Source of the DNA: an uncultured Atopobiaceae bacterium
GTDB lineage: Bacteria; Actinomycetota; Coriobacteriia; Coriobacteriales; Atopobiaceae
Length of the DNA: 24,000 nt
Direction of reading: 5' to 3'
NCBI GenBank assembly: GCA_963539685.1
Contig: CAUTMX010000003.1
Span: forward strand, 15,313 to 39,312
Shown here: in pieces, positions 5,561 to 13,249 of the stretch
Layout of the letters: each line of letters begins with the position of its first letter
How positions within the stretch are numbered: position 1 is the first letter of the stretch
Position numbers and translations under genes: made by a program
The notes under the pieces: generated by a model
What the model saw: only the letters and a program-made list of their open reading frames with translations
Databases searched by the model: none
Told to the model about the DNA's origin: nothing

Positions 5561-7906
5561 ATGGATGAAATGGTTTTAGCAACTCAAAAGTGGTTGAATA
5601 GAACTTACGTTAACGATAATCGATTTAACCAGGTAGAGGAATCTGGTCATACTGGATGGAACACCATCTTTGGTTTGATTAGGGCACTTCAAATTGAGCT
5701 TGGAATTCAGTTTACTGCTGATAATTTTGGAGAAGGCACAAAAGCAAAGTTTTCTGAGATGTTTCCCAACGGAATAAGTCGTCAAACTTTGGGGAAAAAG
5801 CCAACATCAAATATTTATGCAATTATACAAGGAGCTCTTTGGTGTAAAGGATATGCGGCACATTATGGATCAATTACAAATGTAATTGATGGTGGGACCG
5901 TAGAGTCAATTCTAAAGTTAAAGAATGATATGGGTCTTATTGATTATCAAAACAATTTTGTGGTGGATATCGAGATGATGGGCGCACTCCTTTCAATGAA
6001 GCAATTTAGACTTCTTGCAATGTATGGAGGAAAAACGTCAATACGTGAAATTCAGCAAGAAATTAATCGTCGTTATCGTGAATATACTGGAATTATTCCT
6101 ACTGATGGTATTTATGGTCGCGAAATGAATGAGGCTATGATTCAAGTTTTGCAAGCAATAGAAGGATTTACGCCAGAAGAGGCTACAGGATATTTTGGAA
6201 ATGGAACACGTGCCAGATTAAAAACAATTGATTCAGGCTCTTCAGATTGGGTTTGGCTGGCTAGTTCTGCTCTAGTGTGTAATGGAATTAGAAAAAATAT
6301 CACGCGTTCTTGGTCGTTTGAGTTGAGTGAAGATGTACGAAAATTCCAAGAGAGCTATGCCCTTCCAGTTACTTCTGTTATTGATAAAACAACATGGATG
6401 AGCTTACTTACCTCAAAGGGAGATCCTGATAGAAAATGTGTTGCATGTGATACACGATTTGAAATTACAGATGATTTGGCTTCTTGTTTAAAGGAAGATG
6501 GCTATCGGATTGTAGGAAGATATCTTTGTGAGCCAGATCAAGAAATGACGGCAGAGAATGATTTATTTAAAGCACTTCGAACTGGAGAGCTTGATCGAAT
6601 TGTTAGCTATGGCTTAGAGTACTTTCCTATTTTTCAAATGTATTCAACTAAATTGAATCATTTTTCTTACAGCGAAGGAAAAAACCATGCACTTGAAGCA
6701 GTTAAACATGCAAAACGCTTAGGAGTGCCCAAAACAGTAATATATTTCACAGTAGATTATGATGCAACTGATCCTGAGATAGACAGTAATATCATTCCAT
6801 ATTTCAAGGCATTAAAGGAGAATATACGAGACGGATATTTAGTGGGAATTTACGCTTCTAGAAATATTTGTTCTAGGATTATCCATCATGGACTTGCAGA
6901 AGCAGCGTTTGTATCTGATATGAGTACAGGATATTCAGGAAACCTAGGTTTCTCAATTCCAGACCGATGGGTATTCGATCAATTCACAGAAATTACTGGA
7001 TATAGAGGAAGATGGGATCTTGATAGAGTTGCCTATTCAGGAAAATTTCCAGCTTGTTCGCTAGTAGTTCATAATAGACAAAGTAAGTTTCAGCATGAAG
7101 ATATTATTAATGCTATATCTCAAATTGAGATGATAGCTATAAGAAAGTTAAAGGATTCAATTACAAATCAGCAGCGGTCTAAATTTATCCTTGAGTACTT
7201 GAGAAAACCAAAATATTGGGAAGATGAGAATACTGCTTTGATGTGGCAAGTATATACACCAGAGTCATACGATTCATCTGAAGCAATCTTGAAAGAAGAA
7301 GTGAATAAAATATGCAAATCAATTATTCCGAATCCCGAACAGTTTAAAACTACATATGACTTAGAGCATTTTGCTGCTACAGCTTTAGGGAATATCTGCC
7401 ATTTCGATTCAACATCTTATAATTATTTTATGTTTGCGGATTTAGGTGGTTGGATTTTAGACTTACTTCAGATTTGGGGAGATAGTCAAAGAGAGGGAAT
7501 TCAAAAACAATATTTACCAAATTGGTTATCTGTTTGTCTTGGAAGTAGAGTTATAAAGTCAGGGTTTGGCTATAAAGACTTAATGAGTGACGTAGATGGG
7601 TATCTAGCTGCAGTGATGCTTCATGATGAAGACACTCTTCTTTCAGAGGTTCTTCGATATATATTCTCATTAACACCACTTAACCGCAGATCTCTTTTTT
7701 GCTTAAAGCGATTTAAAGGTGAACGCAAGTGTGTTGAGAGTGTGTTTGATAGTTTGGTTAATGGGCTACCAAGAAAAGAGATCCCATTTTTTGATGCGGT
7801 ACTCTTACGCGCCTCAGCTTCCGATCGACTTCCTGATGAATCTGAATCTAAATATCTCAGTAATGTATTATTTCATGCATTAACTCATGATTTCATAGAC
7901 GGATAA
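5561..7906 (+). CDS. Large leaderless cell-wall-targeting protein: N-terminal peptidoglycan-binding-like repeats, a DUF1906 (Rv2525c-like glycoside-hydrolase-like TIM barrel) domain and a ~280-aa unknown C-terminal domain
   Basis: It is 781 aa from ATG 5561 (GGAG 8 nt upstream) or 790 aa from ATG 5534 inside the hairpin. Repeats such as VLATQKWLNRTY...GHTGWNTIFGLIRALQIELGI..DNFGEGTKAKF and IREIQQEINRRY...TDGIYGREMNEAMIQVLQAIEG resemble PG_binding_1 modules. The central GYRIVGRYL...LRTGELDRIVSYGLEYFPIFQ...GKNHALEAVKHAKRLGVPKTVIYFTVDYD...GYLVGIYASR matches the DUF1906 pattern as I remember it. There is no N-terminal signal peptide. Confidence 0.7.
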   Translation: MDEMVLATQKWLNRTYVNDNRFNQVEESGHTGWNTIFGLIRALQIELGIQFTADNFGEGTKAKFSEMFPNGISRQTLGKKPTSNIYAIIQGALWCKGYAAHYGSITNVIDGGTVESILKLKNDMGLIDYQNNFVVDIEMMGALLSMKQFRLLAMYGGKTSIREIQQEINRRYREYTGIIPTDGIYGREMNEAMIQVLQAIEGFTPEEATGYFGNGTRARLKTIDSGSSDWVWLASSALVCNGIRKNITRSWSFELSEDVRKFQESYALPVTSVIDKTTWMSLLTSKGDPDRKCVACDTRFEITDDLASCLKEDGYRIVGRYLCEPDQEMTAENDLFKALRTGELDRIVSYGLEYFPIFQMYSTKLNHFSYSEGKNHALEAVKHAKRLGVPKTVIYFTVDYDATDPEIDSNIIPYFKALKENIRDGYLVGIYASRNICSRIIHHGLAEAAFVSDMSTGYSGNLGFSIPDRWVFDQFTEITGYRGRWDLDRVAYSGKFPACSLVVHNRQSKFQHEDIINAISQIEMIAIRKLKDSITNQQRSKFILEYLRKPKYWEDENTALMWQVYTPESYDSSEAILKEEVNKICKSIIPNPEQFKTTYDLEHFAATALGNICHFDSTSYNYFMFADLGGWILDLLQIWGDSQREGIQKQYLPNWLSVCLGSRVIKSGFGYKDLMSDVDGYLAAVMLHDEDTLLSEVLRYIFSLTPLNRRSLFCLKRFKGERKCVESVFDSLVNGLPRKEIPFFDAVLLRASASDRLPDESESKYLSNVLFHALTHDFIDG

Positions 7907-8531
7907 GATTTGTATGTATGGGGAAAGAATTAAATTCCGTTAGAGTTTCAATGGCATCTGAGTTTGTAGTTGTAATGTCATATTGGTTATTCTCATGAAC
8001 TAGTAGCCACTCAATATCTTTAGTTGGTACTGAGTGGCTATATAACCTAATAGTTGCTATATTTTCTCCCAAACCGAATGGAAAACGTAAAACATAAAAA
8101 TGGAGAGTTTCTTCTGCTCCAAAATCAAAATCCTCAAGTAAAACAACTCTGGATAATGAAATTTCTCCAGTATTTACTACAGATTTATAATCACGTTGAC
8201 AGGAGTAAATGCAAGGAATGAATAAAAATAATGCTGCACAAAAAGCAACAGAAATATTATAAATAGCAAAAAGGTAAGTTGCTTTTTTAAAAAAAACAAC
8301 CATAGATTTTATTTTAGAAAACAGCATTAGTGAAGTTATCAGAATGAAAATAGACATAAGAAATAATGCCTGTGGTATTGTCAACAAAGTGCCAAGAAAG
8401 CTCACTGGAGTATTATAATCAAGTGAGAAGAAAGAGAAATTTGAGAAGAAGAAATAAACCACTGCCAGGACGCAAATAACAAAATATACGAAGCAAATTA
8501 CCGTGATAAAAACCCCTTTTGACCTGTCCAT
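7893..8531 (-). CDS. Integral membrane protein (about 4 TM helices plus a C-terminal soluble domain), paralogue B
   Basis: 212-aa ORF with the same architecture as 4204-4839 and the shared motif LDYNTPVSFLGTLL. Its 3' end overlaps the 3' end of the convergent large gene by 14 nt (7893-7906). Confidence 0.7.
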   Translation of the reverse strand: MDRSKGVFITVICFVYFVICVLAVVYFFFSNFSFFSLDYNTPVSFLGTLLTIPQALFLMSIFILITSLMLFSKIKSMVVFFKKATYLFAIYNISVAFCAALFLFIPCIYSCQRDYKSVVNTGEISLSRVVLLEDFDFGAEETLHFYVLRFPFGLGENIATIRLYSHSVPTKDIEWLLVHENNQYDITTTNSDAIETLTEFNSFPIHTNLIRL

Positions 8532-8732
8532 CGCGATATCCTATTCTGTAGGTAGATAAAGACATTTCAGTAGAATTTTGCAAACTATTGTATATAAGTA
8601 AATCAAAAGAGTCTATAGCTAAATACAGGGTCTTCTTCATCAAATTCACTGCCAAAGGTTAATTCTCTAAACATTTCTGTCTTTATTTTAAAGGTTACAG
8701 TAATGAGTAAATTAACATAGAAAGGAGGTGCA

Positions 8733-9127
8733 ATGATTGGAAGATGCATTGTATTTTTAATTGCGGATAAATTTAACCAAGGATTGACTATTTTTATTGC
8801 AAACTACGCTTTATTAACATGCGGTTTGATTTATGTATTAGCTCTAATAGCCTAGTTACCATATATAGCTATACAAATCGTAAGAAATTAACTTTGAAAT
8901 TTATTGAAACGGTGATAACAAAAAAACTCCTTATTGTGGGAGTCGTTATACTTTCGGCGCTTTTTGACCTTCTCGCAAAAATCGGCCCTATTTCTATGGT
9001 TCAAATTACAATGACATTCTATATTGTTGAAGAAAGTATGTCTGCAATAAAAGCTTTAAAGAAGCTTGGCATAAAAACACCTGCTAGATTAGTTAAACTA
9101 ATAAAAGAAAAGCTTAATGACAAATAG
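8733..9127 (+). pseudogene. TcdE / phage_holin_4_1-family holin, apparently split by a frameshift near 8845-8860
   Basis: AAAGGAGG then ATG 8733 opens a 40-codon ORF (MIGRCIVFLIADKFNQGLTIFIANYALLTCGLIYVLALIA*, one TM helix) ending at TAG 8853-8855. A different frame (track ORF 8819-9127) continues with ...YSYTNRKKLTLKFIETVITKKLLIVGVVILSALFDLL...FYIVEESMSAIKALKKLGIKTPARLVKLIKEKL. This matches the family core as I recall it from TcdE (..SRKFNSSFG..G.RK.. TM ..D.. ..ILYESVSILKN....GLPVPKRLKEKI). Together the two pieces give the expected ~130 aa and 3 TM helices. Confidence 0.55.
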
Positions 9128-9131
9128 CGTA

Positions 9132-9206
9132 TGGTGCCCCCAACGGGAATCGAACCCGTATTGCCGCCTTGAAAGGGCGATGTCCTAACCGTTAGACGAT
9201 GGGGAC
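9132..9206 (-). tRNA. tRNA-Glu (anticodon UUC), 75 nt, CCA encoded
   Basis: The reverse complement reads GTCCCCATCGTCTAACGGTTAGGACATCGCCCTTTCAAGGCGGCAATACGGGTTCGATTCCCGTTGGGGGCACCA. The acceptor stem is GTCCCCA/TGGGGGC. The anticodon stem TCGCC/GGCGG carries the loop CTTTCAA, giving anticodon TTC. The T arm is ACGGG-TTCGATT-CCCGT. Confidence 0.9.
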
Positions 9207-9274
9207 GCGAAGAAAAAGTATAGCAAAGATGCTGCAGATTTCTAGGGCTAAACGGCGCGATTTTGGGCTTTCAT

Positions 9275-10303
9275 CTATTCTTCGTTTTCCCACCAGTCCA
9301 GTCCGGCTTTAAATGCGTAGTCGCGAGCGCTTTGAATCACGCCAGGCATCGACTCTGCCCACGAAATAAATTCCGGCACGTCGGCGATAATCGCCTCGGC
9401 CTCGTGAACTGCGATAACGTTTTCGGCAAACGTGTCAGGTGTGAAATTGATTCTGCACGGAATGTAGAGATCAACAAAAGATGGCCTGAGCAGCGCATAT
9501 GCCGCTCCCTCGCCGAGGTTGACAAAGCCTTTCAGCGCGCGCTTTGCCGCGGGCATGCGATTCAACTTGAAGAACAGCAGCGTAAACGCCAGACGCATCC
9601 AGGCATTCGACTGATACCCGCAACTCTCGTCAAGCTTGTGGAGCCCTTCTTCATCTTCCAGGCGAGCAAGAACATATGCCAAGGTAAAACGCGCACCCAG
9701 AAAATCTGTTGACGAGAAAAACAAGAGGTCTTCACAGGCTTTTTTGGAGAGCTTGAAGCAGGCGCAATCTGTTGCTACCTGGGCAATCTGCGCATAGAGG
9801 CGCAAAAGTGGTCGAGCTTCAGCGCAGGTCCAAGCGTCGCCGTGAGTTTGCTTTGCTTGCTCTAGTTTTGGTCTAAAGATAGAGTCAAATTCTTTTTGCA
9901 GGTCAAGTAGGTCGTTGAGGATTGCTGCAGGATGATTGTTGGAGATCTGTGCAAGAATTCGCTGTGCTTCAAGATTAATGCTTGTGTTAGCAAGAGCTGG
10001 GTTTTCAATGATATTTGTCATTTGATTATGCAAGAAGTTAAGCAGATCCATCCGACTTGCAAAGAAGTCAGCATCGGAATCAATTTCTTTAGTAATTCCA
10101 TCCTGATACTTGCCAATGACATTGACGTATTGAGCAAAAGCCTTTTCTTCTTCATCGGCAATGAAGTTTTCAGGCGAAGCTTCTACCGCAAGCTTCAACT
10201 CATAGAGAGCTGCCTCAGATACGATGCTCTTCTCTTGTGCACACTTAGCTACCAGGCGGTCTGCCTGCTCACTGACCATATCGTTAGCGGAATGCTTAAT
10301 CAC
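9275..10303 (-). CDS. Helical-repeat (TPR-like) protein of unknown function, downstream paralogue
   Basis: 342-aa ORF. Its GTG start overlaps the upstream stop in a GTGA motif (10300-10303); an alternative ATG lies at 10279. It shares blocks with the upstream protein, e.g. ARFTLAYVLARLEDEEGL versus ARFTLALAYAKLEDEDAL. Confidence 0.65.
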   Translation of the reverse strand: MIKHSANDMVSEQADRLVAKCAQEKSIVSEAALYELKLAVEASPENFIADEEEKAFAQYVNVIGKYQDGITKEIDSDADFFASRMDLLNFLHNQMTNIIENPALANTSINLEAQRILAQISNNHPAAILNDLLDLQKEFDSIFRPKLEQAKQTHGDAWTCAEARPLLRLYAQIAQVATDCACFKLSKKACEDLLFFSSTDFLGARFTLAYVLARLEDEEGLHKLDESCGYQSNAWMRLAFTLLFFKLNRMPAAKRALKGFVNLGEGAAYALLRPSFVDLYIPCRINFTPDTFAENVIAVHEAEAIIADVPEFISWAESMPGVIQSARDYAFKAGLDWWENEE

Positions 10304-11493
10304 TCTGCATCACCACCCGAGTATGGATTATTTGGCCCGTCGATATGCGGTCCGCTTGGTCGCGGGCCAGCGGGACCTCCGGGGAAGTCGGGGCCAACTG
10401 GGCCGTCGGGCACGCTGCCGCCGGATTCACCAGGGAACGAATCGGCAGAAGCGAACAAGGCATTTGCCTGCATTTGAAGTTCTTTTTCTGCCAGCTCAAC
10501 GGTCTTTGGGTCTCTCGCCCTAACCTGATCTGCAAGCCAACGACCAAGAACACCGCGTCCTATCAGGTCATTTCCTTCTTGCAGCAGCACGGTGGCCTCT
10601 GCGATGGCAATGATGAGCTCGTCCTCAGAATAGGGGAGCACGTTAAGGCGCGAGAACTCTCCTTCGGGCAAGTCCTTCTGCACAAAACAGCAAAGCGTTG
10701 CCTCGGGATAGCGCTCAATCAGCAGGTCAAGGTAGTGTTCCGCCTCAACCAACTCACGCTTCTTGAAATGAATAGCCAAGCGAGCCAGCAAAATCCACGG
10801 GTCATCCGCTCCGCGAGGCGGATCAAGCTTGCGGTACTGGTCCATGAGGTTGTCGAGAGCGTCCTCGTCCTCGAGTTTTGCGTATGCGAGTGCAAGCGTA
10901 AAACGAGCATCAGCCGCATCTGCAGCGTCAAGCTCCAGGAGTTTCTCGCCATATGCGATGGCATCTTTGTTTCGGCCGCAGATAAGCGCGCGAGAAGAAA
11001 GCGTTGCCAACCAGCGCTTATAGGGGTTGATTGCCAGCCTCTGGGCAAGCTCTGCCTGCTCGGCAGGAAGCCCTTGCGAGGACTCTTGCGCTTTCTGGTA
11101 GCACGCTGCCTCGACCTGGGGAAGTTTCTCCACAAGGAACTGGTAGTAGGCGTCAAAAAGCCTGCTATTTGAGGCGTGGAGCATGCGCTGGGCATCAAAA
11201 CAATTGGGGTCCAGCTGAATGGCCTGATTGAGGAGGCGTTTTCCCTGGTCGATAAGGGTCTGCGCCTGAGATTCTTCGACAAAAGGCAGGCGATAATCAA
11301 CAATCTCGGCCGCTTGCGCAACTAGATTGAACGCGCGGTCTTCGTCGGTTTGAGGGAGGGAATTGCGGTCGTTGGAGAATCGCCAGTTGAAGTCCTTCAT
11401 CAGCGTAGCAATGCTGTCCTCGTCGCTGACTTGCGTGCGAGCAAAGCGGAGGATAAGCCGCTGGTAGTCTTCTTTTACTGGGTCAAACGCCAC
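10300..11493 (-). CDS. Helical-repeat (TPR-like) protein of unknown function with a Pro/Gly-rich C-terminal tail, upstream paralogue
   Basis: 397-aa ORF with GTG start 11493 behind GAGAAAGGA. The body is alpha-helical and repeat-like. The C-terminus is SFPGESGGSVPDGPVGPDFPGGPAGPRPSGPHIDGPNNPYSGGDAE. Confidence 0.7.
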   Translation of the reverse strand: MAFDPVKEDYQRLILRFARTQVSDEDSIATLMKDFNWRFSNDRNSLPQTDEDRAFNLVAQAAEIVDYRLPFVEESQAQTLIDQGKRLLNQAIQLDPNCFDAQRMLHASNSRLFDAYYQFLVEKLPQVEAACYQKAQESSQGLPAEQAELAQRLAINPYKRWLATLSSRALICGRNKDAIAYGEKLLELDAADAADARFTLALAYAKLEDEDALDNLMDQYRKLDPPRGADDPWILLARLAIHFKKRELVEAEHYLDLLIERYPEATLCCFVQKDLPEGEFSRLNVLPYSEDELIIAIAEATVLLQEGNDLIGRGVLGRWLADQVRARDPKTVELAEKELQMQANALFASADSFPGESGGSVPDGPVGPDFPGGPAGPRPSGPHIDGPNNPYSGGDAE

Positions 11494-11690
11494 GTGATTC
11501 CTTTCTCTCTTACGTAATGATATCGCAGGTTATTTGGGTGTGCGGGGTAAGTCCGCGAGCGTCGTAAGAAGATTGTGAACGGCAGACGGAAACGTTTGGA
11601 GTGAACGGGTTTCTCGCCAGACGTGCGTCAGGTTCCTGTCAGGGGAGTGCATAAATTCTGAACGATATTGCATAAAATGGCACATTCATT

Positions 11691-11720
11691 TTGGTACAGC
11701 TGTCCAAAATGAGCTAATAT
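11691..11720 (+). promoter_or_regulatory. Candidate sigma-70-type promoter for the alcohol dehydrogenase gene
   Basis: TTGGTA (11691-11696), an 18-nt spacer, then TAATAT (11715-11720), about 80 nt upstream of ATG 11802. Two small hairpins lie in the leader (GCGAAG..CTTCGC and GCCGC..GCGGC). Confidence 0.35.
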
Positions 11721-11801
11721 AGAAATGTTGAGAAGAAGTAATTGCGAAGAATGGCTTCGCTAGCCGCTAAGGGAAGCGGCACATAGTTAAGGAGAGGTTT
11801 T

Positions 11802-13016
11802 ATGGGACGTTTTACAAATCCACGCGATCTGTATTTTGGCGAGGGCGCTCGTCACGAGGTTAAGAACCTCAAGGGAAAGAGAGCAGTTATCGTTTCTGGC
11901 GGCAGCTCCATGCGTCGCGGTGGCTTCCTTGATGACATCGAGAATGACCTCAAGTCCGCAGGTTTTGAGGTTGCTCACATTGAGGGCGTCGAGTCCGATC
12001 CTTCCGTTGAGACTGTTATGAGCGGCGCTGCTAAGATGAGCGAGTTCCAGCCAGACTGGATCATTGCTATCGGCGGCGGCTCCCCAATCGACGCAGCTAA
12101 GGCTATGTGGATCAAGTACGAGTATCCAGAGACCACTTTTGAGGACATGTGCAAGGTCTTTGGTCTTCCTGAGCTCCGCACCAAGGCTCACTTCTGCGCA
12201 ATTTCTTCTACTTCCGGTACCGCAACTGAGGTAACCGCATTCTCCATCATTACCGATTACCAGAAGGGTGTTAAGTACCCAATTGCTGACTTCCAGATTA
12301 CTCCTGACGTCGCAATTGTTGACCCTGAGCTCACTTACGGCATGCCTGTTAAGCTTGTTGCTCACACTGGTATGGACGCACTGACCCACGCTATCGAGGC
12401 ATACGTTTCTACTGTTGCTTCTATGTACACCGACGGCGACGCTCTGCACGCAATCCGCGAGATTGTCGAGTGGCTGCCAAAGTCCTACGCAGGCGACAAA
12501 GAGGGACGTCAGCACATGCATGACGCACAGTGCCTCGCTGGTATTGCATTCTCCTCTGGCCTTCTGGGCATCGTTCACTCCATGGCTCACAAGACCGGCG
12601 CTGCATTCTCCGGTGGACACATCATCCACGGTTGCGCAAACGCTATGTACCTGGGCAAAGTCATCCAGTTCAACGCTCGCGACGAGCGCGCAAAGACTCG
12701 CTATGCATTCATTGCTAAGGAGATTCTGCACCTCGAGGGCAACACTGAGGATGAGCTGGTAGAGGCACTTGTTCAGAAGATTCGCGACATCAACGACGCT
12801 CTTAACATCCCACAGGGCATCAAGAACTACGGTGAGGGTGGAACCAAGTCCGAGACCTCCATCATCGACGAGAAGGAGTTCTTCGAGAAGGCTCCAGAGG
12901 TTGCTCGCCTTGCTATCGAGGACGCTTGCACCCTTTCCAACCCACGCAAGCCTACCCAGGAGGAGATGGAGCAGCTGCTTAAGTGCGTCTACTTCGACCT
13001 TCCTGTCGAGTTCTAA
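11802..13016 (+). CDS. Iron-containing (group III) alcohol dehydrogenase
   Basis: 404-aa ORF with an AAGGAGAGG SD. It has the hallmark motifs GGGSPIDAAKA, SSTSGTATEVT, VDPELT, HTGMDALTHAIEAY and GIVHSMAHK (metal-binding His residues). Confidence 0.9.
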   Translation: MGRFTNPRDLYFGEGARHEVKNLKGKRAVIVSGGSSMRRGGFLDDIENDLKSAGFEVAHIEGVESDPSVETVMSGAAKMSEFQPDWIIAIGGGSPIDAAKAMWIKYEYPETTFEDMCKVFGLPELRTKAHFCAISSTSGTATEVTAFSIITDYQKGVKYPIADFQITPDVAIVDPELTYGMPVKLVAHTGMDALTHAIEAYVSTVASMYTDGDALHAIREIVEWLPKSYAGDKEGRQHMHDAQCLAGIAFSSGLLGIVHSMAHKTGAAFSGGHIIHGCANAMYLGKVIQFNARDERAKTRYAFIAKEILHLEGNTEDELVEALVQKIRDINDALNIPQGIKNYGEGGTKSETSIIDEKEFFEKAPEVARLAIEDACTLSNPRKPTQEEMEQLLKCVYFDLPVEF

Positions 13017-13043
13017 GATCTAGTTTAGAGACTTAGCTTCGCT

Positions 13044-13080
13044 AAAAGCCTGGCAGCGTTGCGCTACCAGGCTTTTTTTG
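13044..13080 (+). terminator. Rho-independent terminator of the alcohol dehydrogenase gene
   Basis: AAAAGCCTGG (13044-13053) pairs with CCAGGCTTTT (13067-13076) around a 13-nt loop, followed by a run of 7 T. Confidence 0.8.
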
Positions 13081-13133
13081 TGTGCGCCGGCGTTGGCGGA
13101 CGGCAGGCTTGCAGGTGGGCAAGTGCGGGCGGG

Positions 13134-13203
13134 CACGACGACGTGCTGGTAACGTGCGTGGATACGTGTGCGGGCAGTCACGGCGACGTGCAGGTAACGT
13201 GCG
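13134..13203. repeat. Two copies of a 25-nt GC-rich direct repeat, period 45 nt
   Basis: CACGACGACGTGCTGGTAACGTGCG (13134-13158) and CACGGCGACGTGCAGGTAACGTGCG (13179-13203). Confidence 0.8.
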
Positions 13204-13249
13204 CAAAAAGTGCATCGGGATCAAAGAACACCACAATTCACATCAAAGT

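Noticed and set aside
8419-8655. 78-aa minus-strand ORF overlapping the 5' end of membrane paralogue B. There are also small intragenic antisense ORFs at 651-833, 2497-2721, 3949-4146 and 5576-5785.
   Set aside because: All are nested in or overlap better-supported genes and lack SD sequences. Their compositions are typical of random AT-rich ORFs.
3581-9127. Calling the holin plus wall-hydrolase region an intact prophage
   Set aside because: The window has no integrase, terminase, capsid, tail or portal genes. The module is only ~5.5 kb and the holin is frameshifted. At most it is a remnant or a domesticated cassette.
207-9131. An integrase, recombinase or transposase that would make the island an autonomous mobile element
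   Set aside because: I read all ORFs of 60 aa or more on both strands, and none has tyrosine- or serine-recombinase or DDE motifs. I therefore describe the island as integrase-less rather than annotating a mobile_element feature.
11787-12731. 314-aa minus-strand ORF opposite the alcohol dehydrogenase. Similar long antisense ORFs lie at 10345-11172, 18212-19012, 19656-20642 and 20719-21570.
   Set aside because: Each is antisense to a gene with unmistakable conserved motifs (Fe-ADH, the TPR-like protein, Crp/Fnr, PsuG, PsuK). They have no recognisable motifs or ribosome-binding sites, so they are GC-driven stop-codon depletion artefacts.
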